Below, in pieces: positions 27,933 to 42,670 of a stretch of 64,000 nucleotides of DNA. This DNA is from Paraspadella gotoi (taxonomy: Eukaryota; Animalia; Chaetognatha). The position numbers and the translations under genes were made by a program. Position 1 is the stretch's first letter. Every line of letters starts with the position of its first letter. The notes below the pieces were generated by a model. That model saw nothing but the letters and a program-made list of their open reading frames with translations. It was not told where the DNA came from and ran no database searches. The stretch covers positions 22,927,808-22,991,807 of the forward strand of contig CM119269.1 in NCBI GenBank assembly GCA_051294375.1, written 5' to 3'.

Positions 27933-29371
27933 AGAAGAGAGAGAGAAGAGAAAGGCAAATTTCGAGCGATCCTAATCATTAGCACCGCCTTCTCTGTCCG
28001 CCGGCCGCCGTCCGCCTCCTCCTCCGCCGCGGCGAGCGCGCCTGCCGCAACAGACGCAGCAAAACGCGGGATTCTGGCTTTAGAAGTTGGATGGATGGAA
28101 GTGAGAAGATTTGGGTGGATGATGGGGAATGTTATTGTGCACATTAATCTGATTTGCATATTGTCGTATTTTAATAAATTGGTTCCATTGCTATGAAGCA
28201 CAATTCTTCTATCTTGTCTTTATTGAAAAGCTTGACGGTCCTGCAATGTCTATTGGTCTTGTAAGTGTTGAATGAAAATCACCACCACACACATCTTTAA
28301 ATTCAAATAAATAAGTTCAGAAAAGATAGCTTGTTTAAGAACCATTAATTTTCATATATTTTGATGTTTTTTATCTTTTTCTTCTTCTCGTTTTCCCGGT
28401 AGGCGTCGACAGTTGAAATACGGAGAACGATTGAAAGCTCGTTTTGTTGACATCGTTGTTTTTTTTTTGTTTTGTTTTGTTTTGTTTAGATTTGGTGGCT
28501 GATGTGTTTTTTGTATGCATCGGAGAGGAAATGTGTTTTCATGCGGTCGAGTCGGCGACGAAGATGACGACGACGATGACGACGACGAAGACGATGGATG
28601 ATGACGCAAACGATGACGATGATGACGAAGAGACAGGAGAAAAGTCACCACATTGTTAATAGAAGAAATAGTGATATAATTCTTGGCAGCTCCTTCTAAG
28701 TACGTTAATGAATCTAATTTGCATATTGGCAGTGTCTCTTATTTAAAATAATATTTAAGAAGTTATGTACTGGTTATGTATTATTTATGGTTAAGTTCTG
28801 GGAATAAGGAACCGGGAAAGAGAAGAATAAATTCTCAGAGTTCTTTAAGGTTGTATAGTAATAATGAGCAGACGTAGAGAGAAAAAATAGAAAGAAAAAA
28901 GAAGAAGAAGGAAAGTTTTTATACATATACCAGGCCGAGTCTGACCCTCAGGCAAGTGAAGTAATTTTTTAAACTTTTAGGAAGCAGAATAGGAAAAGAA
29001 GAGTTAGATAGGTTGAAAAGGGGAGAAAGAAAAAAGAATAGGAAAGAGGAGCAGTGAGATAGGTTGAGAGGAAAGAAAGAAAAGAGAAAAAAGATAGGAA
29101 ATAAAGACTAGAAGTAAGAAGAAGAAAAAAATCAGGAAGGGTAAGTAGTGAGGGGAAGAAAGAAAAGAGAAAGAAAGAGAGAACAGAGAGAAACAGAGAG
29201 AGAGAAAGAGAGACAGAGGAGAGAGAGACAGAGAGAGAGAGGGAGAGAGAGAGAGAGACAGAGACAGAGGACAGAGACCGTTTGAAAGTTGAAAGACGTG
29301 GTGATGCGAAACAGAACAGTAGAAGATTCCAATTTCTGGCTTCAAGAGACGAAAGGAACAATTTTGAGGTG

Positions 29372-29445
<74 letters not shown>

Positions 29446-30236
29446 TGAGGGGTAAAAAAGAAACGGGGGCGATTGTAAAGGAGCAACTCGAATGGCAAAG
29501 GATGGGAACCTTTAGAACTTCATTATTTGAAAAACTTCAATGAGATTTTAAAGGCGAGAAGTAATTATTAATTAGAGAAATGTATTTTGTTTTTAAGGAT
29601 CAGCAGATCACAAGAATCTTATTTGAATAGTGGTTAAATTGGAAACTAAAATCTACATAGGATGCACTTTAGAATACAAATAAGTGTTATTTTGTAACTT
29701 AAGCTTCGTCAATTAAACAAATTTGTTTTGAAAAATTAATAGCGATACTCGGAATTTGGCAAATTTCATAATAACCAATATGGTTAGTTGCGTCCATTAA
29801 AGATGGCACATGTAGGGAAGGGAGGGAAGACCCGGGAAAGGGCGGAAGAAGGGAGGGAGGGAGAGGGGCAAGGGGGAGAAGGGAAGGGGGGGGGCGGGGA
29901 GGATGCCAGGGCTAAATGAAGATGACAGGCAAACAGTTAGATTGAGGTCTTCAGCATATAAGATAATAACATATAGAATAATAACATATCAGGATCTAGG
30001 ACCTTTTCATATGGTTTGGAGGTGATAAGTGTGAACAAAAGGTGAACATATTGGTGGTGTTGAATAACTGTGAGGAGGAAAGAGAAAAAAGTAATAGAAT
30101 GTGAAAATAGAAAAAAGGGGAAGAGGTAGGAAGAGTAGGAACATAGGAAGAGATAACGGAGGGAGGGAGGAAGTATAACAATAAATAAAAAAGTAGAAGA
30201 AAATAAGATAAGAGGAGGAAGAGAGAGAGAGGGGGG

Positions 30237-30298
<62 letters not shown>

Positions 30299-31411
30299 TC
30301 TCTCTCTTCTTCCTCCTCTTTTATCTTATTTTCTTTCTCACTCTTTTTATTTATTGTTATACTTCCTCCCTCCCTCGTTATCTTCTTCCTATGTTCCTAC
30401 CTCTTCCTACCTCTTCCCCCTTTTTCTATTTTTCACATTCTATTACTTTTTTCTCTTTCCTCTCTCACAGTTATTCACACCACCAATATCACCTTTTTGT
30501 TCACACTTATCACCTCCAAACCATATGAAAAGGTCCTAGATCCTGATATGTTATTATCTATATGTTATTATCTATATGCTGAAGACCTCAATCTAACTTT
30601 GCCTGTCATCTCATTAGCCCNNNNNNNNNNNNNNNNNNNNNNNNNTGCCCCTCCTCCCTTCTCCCCTTCCCTTCGCCCCCTCTCTCCCCCTTCCCTTCTC
30701 CCTTCCCTTCCGCCCCTCTCTCCCCCTTCCTCTCCCCTTCCTTCCGCCCTCTCTCCCCCCAGGGTCTTCCCCTCCTGCTCTCCCTTACAATAGCGGTAGC
30801 CGACCAAATTCAAATTTTAATGGGAACAGCATTAAACTAAGCCATTATTGGTTTAATTATTGTGTTAAAATATTTTTTTGCCAAAATGTTCCGAACCAGA
30901 GTAATTCGCTAATTAATATAATTATATGCTATATAATGTACAAAATTTTTTTGGATTTTAATTTTTTTAATTGATTCGATAGAGCTTAAAAAGTTAACAA
31001 AAAAATATATTACAACTTTTTAAAATTTTGATTTTTATTACTAAATTAGTAAAAGACTGCTAAATCATCGGATGATGATGATGATGATGATTTTTTAAGG
31101 TTTTTCTCAATTTAACCACTTATCATCAAAATATTGAAAAAGAATTATACTTGTGTTAGATAACTTTTCATAAGCATTTGAATCTGCTTTAAAAATAAAA
31201 ATTTCAAAAAAATTTTTGACATTTCTTATCTATAAATAAATATTAAAAAAATAATTACTAATGCTTCTTGCCATTTTAGAAAATTTGCTCATTGAAAGTT
31301 TTCTCAGAAATGTAATGAAGTTCATTTAAAAGGTTCCCAAATCAAACTTCTGACCCACCCATTGACGAAGTTGGCTCACTTTACAATCGCCCCCGTTCTT
31401 TTTTACCCTCA

Positions 31412-31488
<77 letters not shown>

Positions 31489-31581
31489 CCTCAAATTGTC
31501 CTTTCGTCTCTGAAGCCAGAAATTGGAATCTTCTTATGTCTCCTGCTTTCGCATCACCAACGTCTTTCAACTTTCAAACGG

Positions 31582-31615
<34 letters not shown>

Positions 31616-32872
31616 CCTCTCTCTCTCTGTCTCTCTCTCTCTGTCTCTCTTTCTCTCTCTCTGTTTCTCTCTGTTTCTCTCTTTCTTCTCTTTTCTTTCT
31701 TCCCTCTAACCTCTACTCTTCTTTTTATTCTCTTCTTTTTCTCTCAACCTATCTAACTCTTTTTTCTCTTTTCTTTCTTCCCTCTCAACCTATCTCACTC
31801 TCCTCTTTCCTATCTTTTTTCTTTCTCCCCTTTCAACCTATCTAACTCTTCTTTTTCCTATCTGTTCCTAAAAGTTTAAAAAATACTTCACTTGCCTGAG
31901 GGTCAGACTCGGCCTGGTATATGTATAAAAACTTTCCTTTACTTTTCTTTTTTCTTTTCTATTTTTCCTCTCTACGTCTCTCATTATTACTATACAACCT
32001 AAAGAACTCTGAGAAATTATTCTTCTCTTTCCCGGTTCCTTATTCCCAGAACTTAACCATAAATTAATACATAACCCAGTCATAACATTTCTTAACATAT
32101 TATTTTAAATAAGAGACACTGCAATATGCAAATTAGATTATTAACGCTACTTAGGAAGGAGCTGCAGAATTATATCACTATTTTTCTCGATTAACAATGT
32201 GATGACTTTCTCCTGTGTCTCGTCTCATCATGTCATCTTCATCGTCTTCGTCGTCGTCATCGTCGTCGTCATCTTCGTCGCCGACTCCGACCGCGATGAA
32301 AACACATTTCCTCTCCGATGCATACAAACACATCAGCCACCAATCTAAACAAAACAAAACAAAAACAAAAAAAAAAAAGATGTCAACAAAACGAGCTTTC
32401 AATCGTTTCCGTATTTCAACGTCGACGCCTCACGGGAAAACGAGAAGAAGAAAAAGATAAAAAACATCAAAAATATGAAAATTAAATTGGTTCTTAAACA
32501 AGCTATCTTTTCTGAACTTATCTTATTTGAATTTAAAGATGCTGTGGTGGTTGATTTCAGTCACACTTACAAGACAATGACATTGCAGGACCCGTCAAGC
32601 TTTTTCAATAAAGACAGATAGAGAATGTGCTCATAGCAAATGGAACCAATTTATAAAAATACGACAATATGCAAATCAGATTAATGTGCACAATAACATT
32701 CCCCATCATCCACCCCACATCTTCCACTCCATCCCAACTTCTAAAGCAGCAATCCCGGTTTTGCTGCGTCTGTTGCGGCGGCGGCGCGCCGCGGCGGAGG
32801 AGGAGGCGACGGCGGCCGGCGACAGAGAAGGCCGGTGCTAATGATTAGATCCGCTCGAAATGTTGTCCTTTT

Positions 32873-32930
<58 letters not shown>

Positions 32931-33020
32931 TTTTTCTACCTTTGAAGTCCCGGTTGAAAACATGCAAATGACAGTGAAGAAACGGGCGAGCGAGAAAACG
33001 GACTCTCTCTCTCTCTCTCT

Positions 33021-33082
<62 letters not shown>

Positions 33083-35735
33083 GTCAGGACGTGCCTCGGC
33101 TCTCTAGCTAATTACGATTATAATTTCATAATTAGTCGAAAGTTGAAATTTGAATTTTATTCAGACTTCGTTAGCCTATTTTTTTTAACGCCAATTTTTT
33201 CCCCTTAATTTAATTAATTTCTCTAATTTCCGCTTTGAATATATTTTCTCACTTTCTCACTTTTCTCAGTCTTCTGTTATCGTCGTTGTTCGTCGTATCA
33301 TCGTCATTTGTGATAGAAATATGAAATTGGTACAGAATCCATATAAAGATTATCCGTTCATTCAACAAATAAGCTCTTTCCCCTGACTTTGGACAATCTT
33401 TTGAAGGTTTAAGGCCTCCATCACTTCTTACAAGATAAACTCATATTCATAGCACATATCTGAAATCTTCTTTTCAAGACTCTTTATTAAAGTTTCAATA
33501 TTAGGATACTATAACTTTTATTTTCTACAACCATTAATATGTACTTCTATTACTGAAGCTACTTCTGCTAAAACCGCTACAGTAACTGTGCAATTATCGG
33601 TACTACTATTGCAGCAGTTTTTTGTTTTTACTGCAGAGCATCTGCTTCTATTACTGCTTTGTTCACGAGATTTCAATGTTTACTCAATTTTTCGATGACT
33701 GACGACATCACGTGACCTCCATTACTGTTGCTACTTTTGGTAGGAGAGAGAGGAGAGTGTGGTGTGAGAGAGAGAGAGGGGGAGGGAGGAGGGAGGGAGA
33801 GAGAGAGGATAGAGAGAGAGGGTGGAGAGAGTGAGAAAGAGAGAGAGCCAGAGCGAGCGTGAGAGGGAGAGAGAAAATTATATAATTAGCTCGGGTTTTT
33901 TTTATTTCATATTTTTTGCAAATTCTCTCTCGTAAAATTTTAGTCATAAAGAATGAGTTTTTAGCTTGCTGGAGACGAAAGATGACGACGACGACGATTG
34001 ACGACGACGACAAAGACGACGAACGATGACTGACAACAACAAAAATCACAACGACGGACAAACACAACGAGCAAATGAGAGCGAAATGAATTTCCGGCGC
34101 AAAAAAAAAACGACCACGGAAATAATCCTCTCTTCCTCCTCCTCTTCCTCCTTCTCTTCCTCCTCCTAATCGATAATTACTACGTAATTTGAGTTCAAAA
34201 AAAAACTAAACCTCAAATAAAGAGAAAAGAGATAACGACGACGACGAAAAGAGAGAACAAAAAAGAAATTAAATTTTTCACATTTTGAGCATAATAAATC
34301 ATCAAATCATCAATCAATCCCTCTTCCTCCCTCTCTTTCTCTCCTCTCTCTTCCTCCCTCTCTCCTCCCTCCTCCTCTTCTCCCTCTCTTCTTCCCTCAC
34401 TTATCTCTTTCTCTCCTCCTCTTCTCTCCCTTCTCCCCTCTTATCTCTTACCTCTATTCTTCTTCTTCCTTTCTTCCCCTATTCCTTCCTCTAATCTCCA
34501 CTCACTCCCTCCCTAATCTTCCCCTTCCCCTCCCTCTAATCTCCCTCTCTTCCTCCCTAATCTCTTTCCTTTTCTCCTTAATCTTCTTCTTCCATTCTTC
34601 CCCTCCCCTCCCTCTAGTCTCCTCTCACTTCCTCCCTAATCTTCCCCCTCTAATCCTCTTTCTTAAACTCAAATCAACTTTCGATTTGACTGAAACGGAA
34701 GTCAAAACAAAATTGACGCAAGATCGAATCGCATCTGCGCCTCTGGGAAGAACATTGGGTTGACGTCGTCGGTCGTCTCGTCGTCGTCGTCGTCGCCCCC
34801 TCAGTAAACTCTTGCTTCCCGCTTTGACAAGAAGGCATCTGGCGTGTAACCATAAAAATCCTCGTCGTCGTTATCGTCATCGTCATCTATCATCATCATC
34901 ATCATCATCATCATCACCATCATCATCATCAAATACATCATCTTCATCCTCGTCGTTCACTCATCATCTATACATCATCTTCATTATTCGTTTTCATCAT
35001 CATCATCATCTTTATCTTCCTAGTCGTCATCGTCGTCATCATCATTATCATCATCACCATCATCATATTAATCGTCATCTCCATCATCGTCTTCATCATC
35101 GTCCGTCATCATCTTCATCTATTCATCTTCATCAACATCATCTTCATCATCATCTTCAACATGAGGCTGACGCCAACACCAAGGCTACCTTCCAAGCAAG
35201 GCTTCCACATTGGCGGTCGTCGTCGTCGTGTTTTCGTCGGTCGCTCGTCGTCTTCGTCTCGTCTTCGTCGTTCGTCGTTCGTCGTCGCCAAGGCCTTTCC
35301 TGACTTTCGACGCTAATGAGAGACTTTGCATTGAATATGAATCGGAACCCAGTTTCTCTTTTTCCCTTTTACTTTATTTTTCTCATTTTACCTTTATTTT
35401 TTTCCTTTTTTACTTATTTTTCTCCTTTTACTTTATTTTTTTCCTTTTACATTTTTCCTTTTTACTTTATTTTTTCTTTTACTTTTTTTCCTTTTACTTT
35501 ATTTTTCTCCTTTACTTTTTTTTCTTTTTACTTTATTTTCTCCTTTTACTTTATTTTTTTCTTTTTACTTTATTTTTATCCTTTTACTTATTTTTTTTCC
35601 TGTTACTTTATTTCTCTCCTTTCTATCTTTTTTTTTTTTACTTTATTTTCCTTTTTAGTTGCGCCACGAATCATAAGGCACTTTTTCAGTCGGTTCTGTC
35701 GGGTCGGTATGTCTTGTCCGCTGTTTAGGTCTTGC
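25047..35735. repeat. ~10.7-kb palindrome centred at ~30296
   Basis: gcaagacctaaacagcggacaagacataccg at 25047 is the reverse complement of the sequence ending at 35735. The arms mirror inward to a (GA)n/(TC)n switch at 30296. Confidence 0.92.
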
Positions 35736-37029
35736 CTCTCTCTCTCTCCCTCTCTCTCTCTGTCTCTCTCTCTCTGTCTCTCTTTCTCTCTCTCTGTTTC
35801 TCTCTGTTTCTCTCTTTCTTTCTCTTTTCTTTCTTCCCTCTCAACCTATCTTACTCTTCTTTTTCCTATCTTTTTTCTCTTTTCTTTCTTCCCTCTCAAC
35901 CTATCTAACTCTTTATTTTCCTATCTTTTTTCTCTTTTCTTTCTTCCCTCTCAACCTATCTCACTCTCCTCTTTCCTATCTTTTTTCTTTCTCCCCTTTC
36001 AACCTATCTAACTCTTCTTTTTCCTATCTGTTCCTAAAAGTTTAAAAATACTTCACTTGCCTGAGGGTCAGACTCGGCCTGGTATATGTATAAAAACTTT
36101 CCTTTTACTTTTCTTTTTTCTTTTCTATTTTTCCTCTCTACGTCTCTCATTATTACTATACAACCTAAAGAACTCTGAGAAATTATTCTTCTCTTTCCCG
36201 GTTCCTTATTCCCAGAACTTAACCATAAATTAATACATAACCCAGTCCATAACATTCTTAACATATTATTTTAAATAAGAGACACTGCAATATGCAAATT
36301 AGATTATAACGCTACTTAGGAAGGAGCTGCAGAATTATATCACTATTTTCTCGATTAACAATGTGATGACTTTCTCCTGTCGTCTTCGTCATCATCATCA
36401 TCGTCTTCGTCGTCGTCATCGTCGTCGTCATCTTCGTCGCCGACTCCGACCGCGATGAAAACACATTTCCTCTCCGATGCATACAAACACATCAGCCACC
36501 AATCTAAACAAAACAAAACAAAACAAAAAAAAACAAGATGTCAACAAAACGAGCTTTCAATCGTTTCCGTATTTCTACGTCGACGCCTCACGGGAAAACG
36601 AGAAGAAGAAAAAGATAAAAAACATCAAAATATGAAATTAAATTGGTTCTTAAACAAGCTATCTTTTCTGAACTTATCTTATTTGAATTTAAAGATGCTG
36701 TGGTGGTTGATTTCAGTCACACTTACAAGACAATGACATTGCAGGACCCGTCAAGCTTTTTCAATAAAGACAGATAGAGAATGTGCTCATAGCAAATGGA
36801 ACCAATTTATAAAAATACGACAATATGCAAATCAGATTAATGTGCACAATAACATTCCCCATCATCCACCCAATCTTCTACATCTTCCACTCCATCCCAA
36901 CTTCTAAAGCAGAATCCCGGTTTTGCTGCGTCTGTTGCGGCGGCGGCGGCGGCCGCGGCGGAGGAGGAGGCGACGGCGGCCGGGACAGAGAAGGCCGGTG
37001 CTAATGATTAGATCCGCTCGAAATGTTGT

Positions 37030-37067
<38 letters not shown>

Positions 37068-37166
37068 CTCTCTCTCTCTCTGTTTTTTTCTACCTTTGGA
37101 GTCCCGGTTGAAAACATGCAAATGACAGTGAAGAAACGGGCGAGCGAGAAAACGGACTCTCTCTTC

Positions 37167-37215
<49 letters not shown>

Positions 37216-38916
37216 GTCAGGACGTGCCTCGGCTCTCTAGCTAATTACGATTATAATTTCATAATTAGTCGAAAGTTGAAATTTGAATTTTATTCAGACT
37301 TCCGTTAGCCTATTTTTTTTAACGCCAATTTTTCCCCTTAATTTAATTAATTTCTCTAATTTCCGCTTTGAATATATTTTCTCACTTTCTCACTTTCTCA
37401 GTCTTCGTTATCGTCGTTGTCGTCGTCATCATCGTCATTTGTGATAGAAATATGAAATTGGTACAAATCCATATAAAGATTATCCGTTCATTCAACAAAT
37501 AAGCTCTTTCCCCTGACTTTGGACAATCTTTGAAGGTTTAAGGCCTCCATCACTCTTACAAGATAAACTCATATTCATAGCACATATCTGAAATCTTTCT
37601 TTCAAGACTCTTTATTAAAGTTTCAATATTAGGATACTATAACTTTTATTTTCTACAACCATTAATATGTACTTCTATTACTGAAGCTACTTCTGCTAAA
37701 ACCGCTACAGTAACTGCTGCAATTATCGGTACTACTATTGCAGCAGTTTTTGTTTTTACTGCAGCAGCATCTGCTTCTATTACTGCTGTTGTTCACGAGA
37801 TTCAATGTTTACTCAATTTTTCGATGACTGACGACATCACGTGACCTCCATTACTGTTGCTACTTTTGGTAGGAGAGAGAGAGAGTGGGTGTGAGAGAGA
37901 GAGAGAGGGGGGAGGGAGGGAGGGAGGGAGAGAGAGAGAGATAGAGAGAGAGGTGGAGAGAGTGAGAAAGAGAGAGAGCCAGAGCGAGCGTGAGAGGGAG
38001 AGAGAAAATTATAATTAGCTCGGGTTTTTTTTATTCATATTTTTTGCAAATTCTCTCTCGTAAAATTTTTAGTCATAAAGAATGAGTTTTTAGCTGCTGG
38101 AGACGAAGATGACGACGACGACGATGACGACGACGACAAAGACGACGACGATGACTGACAACAACAAAAATCACAACGACGACAACAACAACGAGCAAAT
38201 GAGAGCGAAATGATTTCCGGCGCAAAAAAACGACCACGGAAATAATCCTCTCTTCCTCCTCCTCTTCCTCCTTCTCTTCCTCCTCCTCCTTCTCTTCCTC
38301 TTCCTCCTCCTAATCATAAATTACTACGTAATTTGAGTCAAAAAAAACTAAAACCTCAAATAAAGAGAAAGAAGATAACGACGACGACGAAAAGAGAAGA
38401 ACAAAAAGAATTAAATTTTCACATTTTGAGCATAATAAATCCAATCAATCAATCAATCCCTCTTCCTCCCTCTCTTTCTCTTCCTCCTTCTCTTCCTCCC
38501 TCTCTTCCTCCCTCTCTCCCTCTTCCTCCCTCTCTTCTTCCCTCACTTACTCTTTCTCTCCTCCTCTTCTCTCTTTCCTCTTTCTCTCCCTCTTATCTCT
38601 TACCTCATATTCTTCTTCTTCCTTTCTTCCCCTATCCTTCCTCTAATCTCCACTCACTCCCTCCCTAATCTTCCCCTTCCCCTCCCTCTAATCTCCCTCT
38701 CTTCCTCCCTAATCTCTTTCCTTTTCTCCTTAATCTTCTTCTTCCATTCTTCCCCCCTCCCCTCCCTCTAGTCTCCTCTCACTTCCTCCCTAATCTTCCC
38801 CCTCTAATCCTCTTCTTAAACTCAAATCAACTTTCGATTTGACTGAAACGAAGTCAAACAAAATTGACGCAAAGATCGAATCGCATCTGCGCCTCTGGGG
38901 AGAAACATTGGGTTGA

Positions 38917-38953
<37 letters not shown>

Positions 38954-39036
38954 TCAGTAAACTCTTGCTTCCCGCGTTTGACAAGAAGGGCATCTGGCGG
39001 TAACCATAAAAATCCTCGTCGTCGTTATCGTCATCG

Positions 39037-39088
<52 letters not shown>

Positions 39089-39900
39089 CATCATCAAATA
39101 CATCATCTTCATCCTCGTCGTCATCATCATCATCTTCATTATCGTCATCATCATCATCTTTATCTTCCTAGTCGTCATCGTCGTCATCATCATTATCATC
39201 ATCACCATCATCATATTAATCGTCATCTTCATCATCGTCTTCATCATCGTCGTCATCATCATCATCTTTATCATCTTCATCAACATCATCTTCATCATCA
39301 TCTTCATCATTGTCACCTTTATCATTGAGGCTGACGCCAACACCAAGGCTACCTTCCAAGCAAGGCTTTCCACATTGGCGGTCGTCGTCGTCGTCTTCGT
39401 CGTCGTCGTCGTCTTCGTCGTCGTCTTCGTCGTCGTCGTCGTCGTCGCAAGGCCTTCCTGACTTTCGACGCTAATGAGAGACTTTGCATTGAATATGAAT
39501 CGGAACCCAGTTTCTCTTTTTCCCTTTTACTTTATTTTTCTCATTTTTACTTTATTTTTTCCTTTTTACTTTATTTTTCTCCTTTTACTTTATTTTTTCC
39601 TTTTTACTTTATTTTTTCCTTTTTACTTTATTTTTTCCTTTTTACTTTATTTTTTCCTTTTTACTTTATTTTTCTCCTTTACTTTATTTTTTTTCTTTTT
39701 ACTTTATTTTTCTCCTTTTACTTTATTTTTTTCTTTTTACTTTATTTTTATCCTTTTACTTATTTTTTTTTCCTGTTACTTTATTTCTCTCCTTTCCTAT
39801 CTTTTTTTTTTTACTTTATTTTTTCCTTTTTAGTTGCGCCACGAACTTTATAAGGCACTTTTCAGTCGGTCTGTCGGTCGGTATGTCTGTCCGTTGGTCT
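35736..39900 (+). repeat. Further direct copy of blocks A+B (~31600-35735)
   Basis: Collinear with the right palindrome arm, including the (CAT)n/(CGT)n tract. Confidence 0.92.
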
Positions 39901-41104
39901 GTCTCACTTAAATTAAAAATGCTTATAATTAGCCTATAATTGGTTGCTCATTTGTTAAGACAGAATAAAACCTCAAATCTAAGTGACAGCTAGCGCCGCC
40001 TTCAGGAAATCCTAAAACTATAAAGAATAAAAGATTGAATTCCCATGCAGTGCAGGTCATTAAAACAAATACAATATATATATTATATATAAACTTCCTT
40101 GTCATGTTGTCATGTGATCACAGGGAAATAAACGTGAAAAGAAAGTCACTGCGGCGCAACACATTGGATGGACCCATCTTGTTTTTATTTTTTTTCTTTT
40201 TCTTTCTTCTCATCTTTTTCTATTTTTACTTTAGAGATTTTTAATCAATTTTCTGCCCAGTAACAACTTAAAATTGTTTTCTCCATAAATAGGTGGATAA
40301 TATGATGAATGTTATATAATAGATATTCAAACAATGAAATTAAAAAGAGTAAGTGTTGGAAAAAACTCTTGATGGAAATCGTAGTGAAGCCAGTTAATGA
40401 TGAAATTCTCTCTGTCTCCCTCTCTCTCTCTCTNNNNNNNNNNCTCTATCTCTCTCTCTTTCTCTCTCTCACTCTCTCTTTAATCGTTTCGTGTTTTGTT
40501 TTTCTGAAATTTTCTTTCAAACAAAAGAAAAAAATCGATGCTGAACTGAAAGAAGAAAACAATTTGAAACTAATGATGACAGAGATGATGACAGAGATGA
40601 TGATATAGATGATAACGTAGTTGATGATAAAGAGGTTGGAACAGATGATGACAGAGATGATGACAGGGATGATGTCATGGTTAATCTCAGAGATGATTTG
40701 GACTCTTAATGTCAGAAATTATGACATATTTCTGATGAAAATAATAATAAGTTAATTGATAAACATCGTATTTACTTTTAAATTAATGGTCTCGTGACTC
40801 TCCCCCACTCTCACAGTCTCACAGTCTCACATTCTCTCGCAGTCTCACATACTCTCACATTCTCACAGTCTCACACTTTCTCACAGTCTCCGAGCGTAAG
40901 GAAAATAAATCCTTCCTGTCTTTCAAGGAAAGATAAATATTTCCTCTCTATTAAGAAAAGAGAAGTCGTTCTTCTCTATTGAAAGAAAAGAAAAGTCCTT
41001 TTACTCTCTTTTCAGAGGAGAAAGAAAAATATGGACGTCATTTGAATTTCTGCCTCCTTGAGATTTTTCTTGGCTTTGGTTAAGGATGAAGGAGAGAGAG
41101 AGAG

Positions 41105-41160
<56 letters not shown>

Positions 41161-41240
41161 CTTCTTCTTAGTACTTTTTCGCATTAATAAATCAATCAAT
41201 CAATCTCTCTTTCTCTCTCTCTTTTTCTATCTCTCTTTCT

Positions 41241-41320
<80 letters not shown>

Positions 41321-41424
41321 CTCTCTTCACTTTAATCTTCAGTTTTTCTCTTCATTCTTCCGGATCTAATAAATTCTTGCTGATGAAGCGCGATTGACGG
41401 ACGATGAAGGGGTACGAGATTCTG

Positions 41425-41489
<65 letters not shown>

Positions 41490-42379
41490 ATGATTGATTG
41501 GTAATTAATTGATCTTTTGATTGATTGATTCATTGATTAACTATTATTTATTGAATCGATTAACTGAAAAGTTTATTGATTGATTGATTTATTTATTTAT
41601 TTATTGATCGAATCGATTGTTGTGTATACTAATCATGTATATAATCACATTTTAAATTCTTAAAAAACTTTTTTTTCTAATCATTTTTCTCTTTAAATTT
41701 CTTTTTTTATTCATAATCTATTCATTTTTTTAATTTTTCTGTTCATTTTTCTATTTATTTTTCTTATAAATATTTTATTCATTTTTCTCTTCATTTTTCA
41801 TTGGATCGAAAAATTCCTCGGCAAACCCATTAGCCCCTGAGTCGAAAATGGAACGAAAGGCCGAAACTCGACGACCTGAAAAAAAAGGGAGAAATTTTTT
41901 AAATATGAAATGGAAAGAGTTGTCCTTTTAAAAAGTGTATGTTTGTATGTCTAGATATAGAATTGCGTATTGAGGATTTTTAATAGAATGAATTTATTAA
42001 TTATTGATTTATGATTATAAACCTGTGAAAATGGAAAATGGAATTAAAAAAGACAACACCCAATTAATCTTTTTTTTTCCTTTTATTTTTCTTTCTATAA
42101 CTTCACTTTTAAGTTCTTCCCTTTCTTTCTCTCTTCCTCTTTCTTTTCCTCTCTTCCTCCCTTTCTCTTCCTCCCTTTCTCTTTTCTTTCTCTTCCTCCC
42201 TTTCTCTTTCTCTTTCTCTTTCTCTTCCTCCCTTTCTCTTTCTCTTTCTCTTCCTCCCTTTCTCTTTCTCTTTCTCTTCCTCCCTTTCTCTTTCTCAAAA
42301 CGGAAAAGGTTCCACCTCTATATAGAATTTTTCTTTTTTAATTTACCAATTCCTCGTTTATGTATTCAATGAATTTTTA

Positions 42380-42547
42380 ATTGTAATTTTATATTTTTTA
42401 CATACTTGTATGTACATAATATTCATGTACGGCTCTCTTAAGATCCTGTGATTGTAAATGTGTTTTATTGACATTATGAGCAGAATAAATCAATCAATCA
42501 ATCAATCAATCAAACAATCAATCAATCAAACAATCAATCAATCAATC

Positions 42548-42640
<93 letters not shown>

Positions 42641-42670
42641 ACAAATCAATCAATCAATCAATAAATCAAT
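42380..42670 (+). mobile_element. Possible LINE/SINE 3' tail ending in AATAAA + (AATC)n/(AAAT)n
   Basis: ttgtaaatgtgttttattgac...gaataaatcaatcaatc. Microsatellite tails are typical of L2/CR1-type 3' ends. Confidence 0.3.

Noticed and set aside
30285-30330. PacBio SMRTbell adapter at the palindrome centre
   Set aside because: The sequence matches genomic 19970-20000 and lacks the adapter's GTTGTTGTTG portion.
38864-39373. Poly-His / poly-Met ORFs (also 25475-25990 and 34812-35303)
   Set aside because: (CAT)n/(CGT)n microsatellite that is open by composition. The frame is not conserved among the three copies.
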